From Vitrella brassicaformis CCMP3155 (lineage: Eukaryota; Protista; Chromerida), in the NCBI GenBank assembly GCA_001179505.1, contig CDMY01000336.1:186001-250000 (forward strand): a stretch of 64,000 bases of DNA, in the 5' to 3' direction. Of this stretch, positions 48,279 to 59,328 are shown piece after piece. Every line of letters begins with the position of its first letter. Position 1 is the first letter of the stretch. The translations under genes and the position numbers were made by a program. The notes beneath the pieces were generated by a model. It saw only the letters and a program-made list of their open reading frames with translations, had not been told where the DNA came from and ran no database searches.

Positions 48279-49117
48279 CAGACAGTGATTTGTCTGTCGA
48301 TCAGTGTGGGGGGTGGGAAATGAGGTGGGGAGAGGCCTGCCAGCGGCGGGCGGGACGTTTTTGGTGCGTGTAATTATTGCATGGGATGAATGAGTGAGTG
48401 ATGTTTGCTTTGTGTGTAGAGGAGGGCTGGGTGGCGTGCAGTGCCTCGTATTGATGACGTTGGTTGATGGGGTGATTTGTATAGGGCGATGGATGGATGG
48501 ATGTGTCTGTGGGCGGAGTGGCCAACGAAGTGATAGGCTGACTCGTCATGGTTCAGCACTACTCGACAACGTGACTGACACCATCATCAATCAATCGCGT
48601 CATCGAGACAGGCGAGAAGGGGAGTGGCATGACACCAACTCAGATACCACACACGCGCACACACACACACACACACACACAGCAGACACCGGTAGGCAGG
48701 CATTCAGGAGGGCATCCACGATCCATCCATGAAGTTGCAGGCATACCGAGGCCAAAATGAGTTATCTATAGCAGTGGACAAATACGAACAAGGGCAGCTC
48801 ATCCATCAGACTAACGCGCCAAACAAACGAACAAAGGCCTCTGCCTACAGATCAGGAGAGTCAGTGAGAAGAGCTTGCACACACAGCACACAACTAACTA
48901 TATGAAAACTAATACCAACACAAATGCAAATACTATATCGCCCGCTCAGAGAGAGAGAGAGAGAGAGAGGCGCCACCACGCACAGCAGCACGCGCGCACA
49001 GCAACCGACAATCGACAGGCAGGTAAAGGTGTGGTATGGATGGGTTAAATAGGCTGTGAAAAACACGCCACACGCACTGCACCGCACTGCACACGCCTCA
49101 CTCACTCACTCGACTGA

Positions 49118-50854
49118 CTATGTCGGCAGTGTGCTGTCGGGCAGGAAGCACTGTTCTTTCTTCTCGTCGTAGCAGCACCCCCGCTTCCGGCACTGGTCGC
49201 CGCCCAGCCCCCTCCCGCACGCCAGCCGCCTTTTGCCAACGACACTGCACGTGTCCCCAGCGTGGAAGCACAAGGGCTGCCCCTGAGGGCCCTGCGGGTC
49301 CCAGCAGCAGCCACGCGCCTGAAGACAGACAGAACACACACGGACAGAGAGAGGAGAGGAGGAGTGCAACGGGCGTGTGGGGCCGCGCTTCCTTCCTCAC
49401 CTCGCAGGCCTGCTTGTTGGTGCCGGGCGTCCCACAGGCGGCCCTGGTCTCCTTGCCCCACGCTGCACACACATTCCCCTGCTGCTGCCCGTCCTTGCCT
49501 GATGCCCCACCATGAAGTGGCCTGAAGCACCAGGGCTGTCCCTCCCTCTTCCCCCCGGCAATGCCAGGCGGCCGATAACAACACCCCCGCTGCTCGCACT
49601 GTTCCTGTGTGATGAACCCCTGCCCCTCCGTGCAGTCGTGTCTCTCCTTTTCTGCCGCCACGCACATGGCGCCCCTGGACACGCACCATGGCGAGTCGAC
49701 GACGTTGGACCGGCCGATGGATGTGCCGCCCTTGTCGAGTGCGACGGCCTTGTAGCGGACACAGCTGTTGACGGGCGAGTGGGTGTTGTGGTGGGGCAGG
49801 GTGACGATGGTCTCAAAGTGCTCGCGGGGGACGGATGTGACGAGCTGAAGCGGGCTGCCCAGCTGGCCGGCCTTGACCTTCCATGTGGCCACCTCTGTCG
49901 CGCCATTCCTGTGCACAGGAGGGAGGGAGGGAGACACAGATGCCATTCATCAATGGGATGTATCAGTGTCTGCTGACGCGGCCCACCAGCTGAAGTGCAG
50001 TCTCGGTGGGTCGGTGTCTGCGTTGAGGACTAGTGTGGGTTTGCCCTCCCCCCTGCTGGCCCAGGGGCTCTTGAGTGCCCTGTAGGCCATGCCGTTGGCG
50101 AACCGGAACTCCAGCAGCTTGCTGCCGTCACGGCTCACCTCGGTGTAGAAGGGCTCGCTCTGCGGCTCCACACCCGCCCAACTGATCACCTTGTTGCCGT
50201 TGCTCAACGTCTGTGGTATACATATACCAGACAGCGCATGTGGTGATGAAGGTGTCGGAGCTAGAGTGCCCTCTCACCTGCACAGACCCCATTGCGTAGC
50301 CGTAACGAGGCTGCAGCATTAAACCAAAGAAGAGCCGTCCTCTGCTTTAAGCGTGCCATGGTTGGCTCAGGTCAGCTCAGCTCACACACCGACCGGGTCG
50401 TGTTTATACTCCCACACGAGTTTGGCCTTCATGCTCTTCTCGTCGAGGTGGAACTCCAGTGCCCGCGACTCCTCCGGCGGGTGCTCGTTGTGGTTATCGT
50501 ACACCGTCAACACACCGGGCTCTGTCATACGGGCGGAGTGCTGCCTGTAATGAAGGCAACACACACACCCACACACAGACAGAGAGACACACACACACGC
50601 ACAGGTGGGGTGGCTGAGCTGCGTGGGTGACGTGAGGTGACGTACCAGTAGAAGGGGTTGTCAAGGTCGAATGAGTTGGACGTCTCTTTGGTGCCGCCGA
50701 ACCGCCAGATGACTTTGCCTGTCTTGCGGTCGACTTTGATCACCTGCGACAGGTGACGAAACGACACCAAAATGTGACCGTCGGGCGTCCAATCCTGAAT
50801 GCACACACACACACACACACAAACACGCCCGCAGACATGAATCTCCCTCATCCG

Positions 50855-50888
<34 letters not shown>

Positions 50889-52787
50889 TGTGTGTGTTTG
50901 GCTGACCACAGAGTTGGCGTGGAGGTGGTCGACGGACTCCTGGCCCCTGTCGAATTTCTGCTCGGTGATCTTGAACTGGTCGTAGAGGTGGTCCCAAGAG
51001 GACCACTGAAACACCGTCCGTCCGTTGGGTTCTAGCTCCTGGATGATGACGCCCAGCGCCTGGCCAGCGGGGCTGCCCCCGAATGCCGCCATGTTCTTGT
51101 GCCGCTTGTCGTTGGCAAGGATCAGACGGTGACCCTTCTTGTCGATCTGGATGCCGTGACCATTCGACGCATAACCTGGGTGGGTCAACAAATGCATGCC
51201 ACACGCACACACGGTGGGTGCGTGTGGAAGCGTCTCATTGCATTCATTGTGTCGGCCGTCCCGCTCCGCTCACCGACCGTACGTACCGTATTTGGGTGTG
51301 ATGAAGTCGACCTCCTTGTACCTCGAGTTGAGCACCACCCACCCATTCCTCGCCCGGTCGTGGTACGTCACCTGTCCGTTGTCGTGCAGCTTGAGGTCCC
51401 TCACGCTCCAGCCGTGCCACCCCTGGTTGGAGTAGTCGAAACGGTGCCACCACACGGCGTCGCCGCTCTGTCCGTCGAGGATGAGGAGGAAGTCGTGGGA
51501 AACGTGCTCCGGGTGCCGTATGTGGGCCGTGAAAATGTGGCCGGCCGCCGTGCCGGGCTGACGGGGCTGCGTCACTATCACCTAGGGAGAGGGAAGACAG
51601 ATAGCATGCAGGGGGAGGGCTGGTTGTTCTGGGGGTGTGGTGTGGTGTGGGTGTACCTGTGGGTGGTCTGGTGGCAGCGTGAGGTACTCTGATAGCGGCA
51701 GCCGAGCCTCGCCCTTCCCCGTCTTGTTGTCCCCCTTTCCATCGGTCTCGGCCTCGGCCCATGCGCCCATGGCCGCCTCCCACTCATCCCATGGATCGTA
51801 CACAGGGTACGTTTCAGTGTCAGCAGCGTCGGCAGCCTTTGGAGTCTCCTCTGCTTCCGCGTCAAGATCGCTCTCCTGTTCCTCTTCCTCCAGTCCTTTC
51901 TCGTGGTCCCTTTCTTCTTTCTGTGCTGCCTCCTCCGTTGGCGTGCTCTCATCATGCCATGTGTCGTGGCCGTCGTCCTCCTGCGGCTGACCGGTCATTG
52001 TGGTGTCGTTGAATTCCCCTATTGTCGGCTCATAATCATAACCCACATCTGTGTCGGGCTGTGGCTCCTCTGCTGCTGTGTCGGTCTCTTCTATCGGGTA
52101 GTCATCATCCTCGCCGTCATCGCCCTCATCGCCCTCATCCTCATCCGTATAGTTGGCGACACTTCTCCACTCTCCTCCTCCTCCCTCCTCCCGCTGATTC
52201 TTTAGAAGGATGTCGAAGACGGTCTCCCACAGGCTGTTGAGGGGGGCGCTGTGCCGTGAGGAGGAGCTGTCATTCTGGGCGAGCCGCTGCGGCAGCGATA
52301 CGTCGGCGCCGTCCTCGCTCAGCGCCTGACCAAATATCGTCTCGTTGATGCGGAACGTTTCCTTGCTCGCATCGAACATGTCCCCACTGGCCGTCTTGAA
52401 GCTCCACTGGAACGATTGCCCGTTGTCCGTTTGCCTGGCGGTCACGGTCACTATCTCGTTAGTGTCGAAGGGCTCGTCGGGGGTGAAGATGAGGGTCTCG
52501 CCGTCGTCGCTTTGGTCAAGCGTCCCTTCCTTGAAGCCGCTCCGGGCGCCCTCTGCCGTGATGTCCACATCCCTTTTGCCAAGCCCGCTGTCCTTTGCCC
52601 GCAGGAGGATGTTGGTCAGCGGCGACGCGCCCTTGCTGCCGGCGAGGGGGAACACATACGCCGCGAAGCCCTGTGAGGCGCTTGATGGCGGCTTCTTGTC
52701 GGGTCGCAGGTGAAGTTCTTTCTTCTTTCCTGCGAGAGCCGTCGCTAGAAGCCCCAGGATTAAGGTCAGGTGGCCCCATAGCCACAT
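49118..52787 (-). CDS. Secreted arylsulfate sulfotransferase (ASST)-family protein: signal peptide, Ig-like domain, acidic linker, ASST propeller, three C-terminal trefoil (P-type) domains
   Basis: Signal MWLWGHLTLILGLLATALAG; Ig-like AYVFPLAGS...DDGETLIFTPDEPF...VTV; ASST motifs NGHGI, DHLHANSV, VSFRHLSQVIKVDRKTGKVIWRFGG, W|QHSAR, YDN, GSVQ|TLSNGNKVISW and YRA; three six-Cys repeats C-x9-10-C-x8-11-C-x4-CC-x6-15-CF. Confidence 0.88.
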
Positions 52788-52981
52788 GTTTGGAACCCCC
52801 CTTTACTGCTGCCTCGTGCACGGGACCCTCTCCCACCTGTTCATCTCCCGTCCCATTATTTCAGCCGCCGTTGCGCTGGGGGCGTCTCCAGGCCCCCGTC
52901 CTTCCCCTTCAGGCTCACTTGTGATCTACCTTCCGCCGTGACGTCCTAGGAGACGTCTTTCGTCGGAGATACTTACTGGCA
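52788..52981. promoter_or_regulatory. Short divergent promoter region
   Basis: 194 bp between head-to-head ATGs at 52787 (-) and 52982 (+). Confidence 0.4.
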
Positions 52982-55341
52982 ATGATCACGCGGAGGCCAC
53001 CGCAGCAGGGTAGACCTGTCCTGGCGGTGGTTGTGAGGGCGGCGGAGCTCTTTACCAAAGCTGTCGCCTTCGCCGCGTGGCTGGGCTGGTACCAATACTT
53101 GAAGGCCAAGCTCCGGAGGGACTTTGACGAATGCGACAAGGGGTGCACGGCCACCTATGTCGCTGCTGCTGTGGCCACAGTGCTGAGTGTGCTCGTGGTC
53201 TATTCCCTTGTATACGCCCACAAGGCAATGCCATGGACATACCACAGACGCCTCCATTGATTGAGATTTCAGTGTGCTGCACTGATGTGTTCTGCTTCGA
53301 TCGTCAGGTGCTTCTCGAGGCGCTCCAGCGGCGGACGAGAGACTCTGAGGTCCGGACGGTGAGTCCGTCCGACAAGTCGCCGCTGCTGACAGTGCGGGTG
53401 TTCTCAAAGACCGTTGACCTGATATCTGACACCCTGCCCTTCCTCTTTGTCGAATTCTGGTCGGGCACGAGAAGAAAGAAATGATGCGATGGATAAATTG
53501 CATGTATTGCATGTATTGCATGTCCCCTTGTTGGTTGGGTTGGTTCTAGGTACGACGTCATAAACGACAACAGACCCGACTACGATCACCAAACAGACGA
53601 CAATCAACTCTACTGGGCATGGTAATTCGAGCTGCTTTCGGCATCCACGAGCGAAGATATGAAAACCTCAGCCTCTCTGTCTGCGTATCTGGGGGCTTTG
53701 CAGGCATTGGATTTTCTTCATCGTTTTCAGCGCTGTGGCGGCCTTCACTCTCGGCATCCTCGGCACACTCACGCCAAACGAGCCCACCATTAAACAGGCC
53801 GCCTTCAAGAAGGCGGGCAAGTCCGTCACGGCGGCGTTTGCGTGGTTCTGTGCTATGGCCCTTTACGCGGCCTTCTTGTCCCTGCTGGAGAAGGTGCATA
53901 CGGAGGGCGATGGAGACTTGAAGCTATCAGAGTAGGTGATCAGCGTGTGTTGACGTACGTATCTGTCTTTGTTTCTTTGCATCCGTTGATCCTTGTTTTG
54001 CCGCGTCCCTCCCTCCCTCCCTTGCAGACTCAACTGGATTGTGTTTGCTGCTGGGACGGCTCTGGCTCTCTCCTTGTTGGCCCCCGCCCCATCTGAGAAG
54101 AGGATAGATATCCTGCAGCATCCAGAGAACGAGGGGGAAGCCGAGACGTCCGAGGCGGCAGAGCAGTCCGTCATAGAAGCTATCGGAGGTGAGACAGTGA
54201 CCCCAGGGACCCCCCCCCCCCCCCCCCCNNNNNNNNNNNNNNNNNNNNNNNNNNNNNNNNNNNNNNNNNNNNNNNNNNNNNNNNNNNNNNNNNNNNNNNN
54301 NNNNNNNNNNNNNNNNNNNNNNNNNNNNNNNNNNNNNNNNNNNNNNNNNNNNNNNNNNNNNNNNNNNNNNNNNNNNNNNNNNNNNNNNNNNNNNNNNNNN
54401 NNNNNNNNNNNNNNNNNNNNNNNNNNNNNNNNNNNNNNNNNNNNNNNNNNNNNNNNNNNNNNNNNNNNNNNNNNNNNNNNNNNNNNNNNNNNNNNNNNNN
54501 NNNNNNNNNNNNNNNNNNNNNNNNNNNNCCCCCCCCCCCCTCCCCATGTGTCTCCGTCCGTGTCTGTCTCCTTAATTGCAAGGCTTCGTCATGAGTGCTG
54601 GGCGGGACGTCCTGGGTCTGCATTTCCAGCTCGTCGCCAAGGCGGCCGTCTACACCGCGGCCCTTGCATTCTCATCTGCAGTCACCCTCTCCATCTTCGA
54701 AGGCAGCGACTATGGCGGCCTTGACGACATTCGACGGAAGCTCATCGTCCGGGCAGTGCTGTCGACCATCTTCGGGGCTATCTTTATCGTTCTCCTGCAG
54801 TTCATTCTGGGCACCACAAAGAGACCCCCGCAAGCTGCTGCTGCTGGAGGGGTCACTGTTGACACGGAGGGGGCGGTGGCTGAGGTGCAGCGTATCAGAA
54901 GGGCAATCCTGGGGGAAATCCTGACCATCATAACGACGGGAATCGGCTTTATTACTGGCGACGTACGTGAGCAAGAGACAGACCGCCTTGGTCACTCTGT
55001 GTTTTTGACGACCCTGTGTCGTTCAGGCTTGGGTGGAGGCCTTTCGGTTTCGCAAGGAGATGGAGGATGAAGACGAGTGGCTGGTGTTTGCCGTTGTTAT
55101 GACTATTGCGGCTGTTGTTTCGGAGTTTCTGTGGGCGCAATATGTGCTGGGGGCGGTGCAGGGGCTCTTTCGTGAGATGCGGTCGAGGTGGGACGGCTAT
55201 GCTCATGGCCGAAGGGAACAGACAGAAATGGCCGAGACGGCGCCTCAAGTGATTGGAAGCGGCGACGATGTGAAGCCGCCATCCTATGGCGACGACCCCA
55301 ACCAGCCGCCCACGTACACATCGGACCCTGTGCTGCTCTGA
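52982..55341 (+). CDS. Multi-pass membrane protein of unknown family (about 8-10 TM)
   Basis: In-frame spliced exons with hydrophobic segments (TYVAAAVATVLSVLVVYSL; WIFFIVFSAVAAFTLGILG; FAWFCAMALYAAFLSLL; WIVFAAGTALALSLL; VLSTIFGAIFIVLLQFILG; WLVFAVVMTIAAVVSEFLW). The N gap lies in an intron. Confidence 0.7.
54229..54528. other. Assembly gap (300 N) flanked by poly-C tracts
   Basis: N run directly visible, with C-runs of about 19 and 12 nt on the two sides. Confidence 0.98.
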
Positions 55342-56072
55342 CTGAGCACTTGCCTATTTGACTTACGTGACACATGTGTTTATATCTATTTGTCTGTCTG
55401 TCTGTTTGTTCGTGTGTGTGTCTATGGGTGGGTGTGGTGTTGACGGCAAAGAAGATCATTGACTCGATGACTGACTTGACTGACTTGTGTCTCATCCATC
55501 CATCCATCAGATCACATCACAGTGAGTGAGAACCTTCATGACATCGCTGCCGGCAGCTGCTGTACAAGAATGAAATGAACGGATGAATGAAGATGGCTCG
55601 CTCATGGCTCGCCAGTGGCTGGCCGTAGAGAGAGAGAGATAGAGAGATAGACGGACGGTGGTCTTGCTGACTGACTGACTGACTGACAGACGCAGATGGG
55701 GACAATGGCCATATGTATCGATGCCCAGCTACGTCCGTGTGGCTGGTAAGCCGTGTCTGGCACACACACGGACGTACCTGTGCATCGATCGATATGGCCA
55801 TCCGTTGTCCCCATCTGACTGACTGACTGACTTGCTCGCTCGCCCACTCACCCCCACACGATGGTACGTACCAATCACTCACTCATTATGGACAGACTAT
55901 ACACACAGCACTATCAGGGAGGGAACACAACACACCCCACACACTCTGATGAATGAATGAATGATACATACGCAGACAACTGACAAAACCGACTAACATC
56001 AATCCGCCTTCCCTCTGGCTGGCTGGCTGCCCGCCCAGCCACCCACAAATCCTTGCCCCACTTTTCTCTCCC

Positions 56073-56372
56073 NNNNNNNNNNNNNNNNNNNNNNNNNNNN
56101 NNNNNNNNNNNNNNNNNNNNNNNNNNNNNNNNNNNNNNNNNNNNNNNNNNNNNNNNNNNNNNNNNNNNNNNNNNNNNNNNNNNNNNNNNNNNNNNNNNNN
56201 NNNNNNNNNNNNNNNNNNNNNNNNNNNNNNNNNNNNNNNNNNNNNNNNNNNNNNNNNNNNNNNNNNNNNNNNNNNNNNNNNNNNNNNNNNNNNNNNNNNN
56301 NNNNNNNNNNNNNNNNNNNNNNNNNNNNNNNNNNNNNNNNNNNNNNNNNNNNNNNNNNNNNNNNNNNNNNNN
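56073..56372. other. Assembly gap (300 N)
   Basis: N run directly visible, followed by a C-run. Confidence 0.98.
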
Positions 56373-56575
56373 CCCCCCCTGTCTGTCTGTCTGTCTGTCG
56401 GCCAACTCAACTCCGCCCTGCAGGGGTCGCATTCACGGCGAGAATGCCTTCTCATCGAAGCTTGACCGATCCATCTGAAATGACACAAAGCACGACACAA
56501 CACAACACACCAAATGACCTCCTCACACGAAATGACCTACACACACCACTCTTCCTGTCTGTCTGTCTGTCTGCC

Positions 56576-59005
56576 TCAGTCGGTGATGCGGACATAGTGA
56601 GGCTCCGGCAGTGCGGCCGTCGGGGAGGATGATGACCGGTCGTAGGCCTCTCGCGCCAGCTCCTGCAGTGGCGGCTGCGGCCTGGTGGTCACCAGGGTGA
56701 CCCCCCCTTGCCCCTCGGCCGTCGGCCGCATCTCCACGCCCAGCAGGTTGACGTCCCACGCACGGGAAAACGGCTCGTGCAGCTGACGGTCCACCCTGTC
56801 AGTCAGTCACACGTGTGAACACACCAACACATACACAGGCCCATCGATGAGCACATCAGTGCCATCCATCCATCCATCCTGTCTGGCGGTGGTGTGTGTG
56901 TGTGTGTGTACCAGTAGAAGACGTATAGAACGGCCCAGTGCGGCACGAGCAGGCCGAAGAGCCTCGTGACGATGTACACGAACACCTCTAATGGAGGGAT
57001 GTGCTGCAACAAGAGCCGAAATAGACAAACAAGACACCCTTGCAGTGTGTGACAGGCGACGCCACTTGGTCGTGTGTGTGGGCCTTGTGTGTGTGTGTGT
57101 GTGTGTGTGTGCATGGCTACATACATTTAGGAAGTGTTCGCAGTGGCTCTCCTTCTCGTACCGCATCTGCGTCAGCAACACGACGTCCCACACAACCGTT
57201 ATCTGCAGCAGACACACACGAACAGACAGCCAGCCGATTGTTTATGCATCTGTCTGTGTACCTGCCTGCCTGTCTGCCTCATACATACAATACATGCATA
57301 CCAGTGCTGACAGCGCCTCGATTGTCACGAGTATCAACAGCTGGTTTCGCTTCTGACCTGACCGATACGATAGATACACCGCACACAACACACACACTCG
57401 GATAAGCCAGCCAGCCAGCCAGCCTTGGTATCTATCCACTACCAATCGACCGACCGACCGAGGAATCGCTCTTCGCTCGTCCTGGGCCCGACACTCCTCC
57501 TGCGACCGCGGTGACCACCCCAGTCCATCGACCCGTCGCTCTCTGACCTCGCCGGGCGAGGCGCACCGATGGTCGGCAGATGCCGAGACGGAAGCGCCGA
57601 CATTCCCTCAGGCCCTCCCCGAGCGTCGGATGGCCGCTTGAGTCCCCACTCCACCTCCACATCCACATGATTCCGGTGGTCATCGAGCGGCTCGTCGTCG
57701 TCTGCAGCCAGTGGACCTTGACAGCTGTCAGACGACCCCCACCGGGCGAGCCAGTCGACGACGGGACCGCCACCAGCGACCTTGGCTGTCTTGTCGCTGC
57801 CGCTGGGGCTGGGGCTGGGGCTGGGGATGTGGTTGTGGCTATTCATCACGGCTGCTGCTCCTGTGTGGTCGGCTATTGTGTCGTCGTGGCTGTTGTTTAT
57901 TGTGTGGGTGGCGCTGGCTGTGGGGATGGTATCGTGTGTGGGAGGGGGGGAGGGGGGCGGGTTGGCGCCCAAGCCTCTTCCTTGCTGCTGCTGCTGTATG
58001 GGGTTGGTGTTTTCGAATTCCATGCTGCCGCTGCGCGAAGACGTGGATGCCTGGATGTAGTCATGGTGGGGATAGTAGTGGGTGGTGTCCGAGTCGTCGG
58101 TGCCGTCGGCCGTCACCTCCATCGCCGCCTCCTGGAAGGTCGGCGCCAAAGGGAAGATGTTCTGAAGGTGAAGAAAACGTCTGCAGTACAGGGAGACAAA
58201 CAGGCTGACGGCATGCGGAAAGCTTTCTCTGCAGGCCATGGGTCAGTGGCTTGCCTGAATGCTCGCAGGCCGAGCACAAGGACGAGGGAGGCAATGATGA
58301 GCCAGCTGGCCGACAGCAGGAGCCAATTGCTGTCTGCAGACCAAGGTCAAATCAGCGAGTGAGGTTCCACAGCGCTCTCTGTGTCCCTCCCTCCCTCCCT
58401 CCCTCCCTCACCCACCTCTGCACACCGCGTCGTCGGGCTCGCGAAACTGAACCAAACAAAAGGCGAGCACACAAAACATGCAGCCACAAGTGGATCGAGA
58501 GCAACAAGAGTGTCGTGGCGCATAGCATACATCAGCGTACCACGACGATGTAGAGGTAGAGGAGGAGCGTGTAGACACACACGCACACAAACACCGTGTG
58601 GATGTACCTGACACAATGGACACACGGCACGCCACACAGACACACACAATCCATGAGCATATCATTCAACTGAGGACAGTCCCACTTGTGGACTCTTGGG
58701 TTGGTGGTGCATCCGGCGACGAAGAGCCAAGAGATGAGTGTTGCCTGGAAGATCTTGAGGGCCCTTTGCAGCAGCACGATCTCCACCAGCTCCCGCACGC
58801 CGTAGTAGACGAACCCCAGCAGCGTCTGAGCCGCCGACAGGTACAGCACACACAGGTCCGGCGTCCCCACTGGATGGAACGACTTCCACAGCTTCCACAG
58901 CACCACGCAAAAGACCGCGAACGTCGCCAGGCACACCACTCCCAACGCGTACGCCCGCGTGCACTCCCAGAACCCCGCGCACGTCTCGCCGAACATTCTT
59001 GACAA
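56576..59005 (-). CDS. Seven-TM (GPCR-like topology; GPR137/TOM1-like) membrane protein with very long loop between TM5 and TM6
   Basis: Spliced exons give five N-terminal hydrophobic helices (LGVVCLATFAVFCVVLW; LCVLYLSAAQTLLGFVYYGV; IFQATLISWLFV; VFVCVCVYTLLLYLYIVVV; WLLLSASWLIIASLVLVLGL), a ~240-aa low-complexity exon, then ITVVWDVVLL and VFVYIVTRLFGLLVPHWAVLYVFYW. Confidence 0.6.
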
Positions 59006-59328
59006 GACAGATAGGATGTGATGTGGCTAGTCTACCGGGCTGGTGTCTGAAACCGCATCCTCTTCGCTGTTCGCATCCTCGCGCTCTCTTTCCCAGATCT
59101 GCAATCCAAGCTCGCAAATGGGTTGGAAGGAGGAAGCGACTTTTTTTGGGAAGCCGAACAACAGCGGGGAGAGGCACTCAGGCGCCAGGTGTCAGCTTGA
59201 ATCAAGCCAGCCGCAATACTCGACCCCCGCACCCACGAGATGTGGATCTTCCTCCCGCTTCCCGTGATCTGACACACCGCACGCCAGGACCGACTTGACC
59301 AAGACACCCAGACTGCCAGGAGACGGTC

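Noticed and set aside
53225-53307. Apparent GC-AG intron (AAG|GCAATG)
   Set aside because: An in-frame canonical GT donor (CTT|GTATAC) lies 15 nt upstream, so a non-canonical intron cannot be claimed without RNA-seq.
53927-54724. ORFs spanning N runs (also 55886..56503)
   Set aside because: Artefacts of translating assembly gaps.
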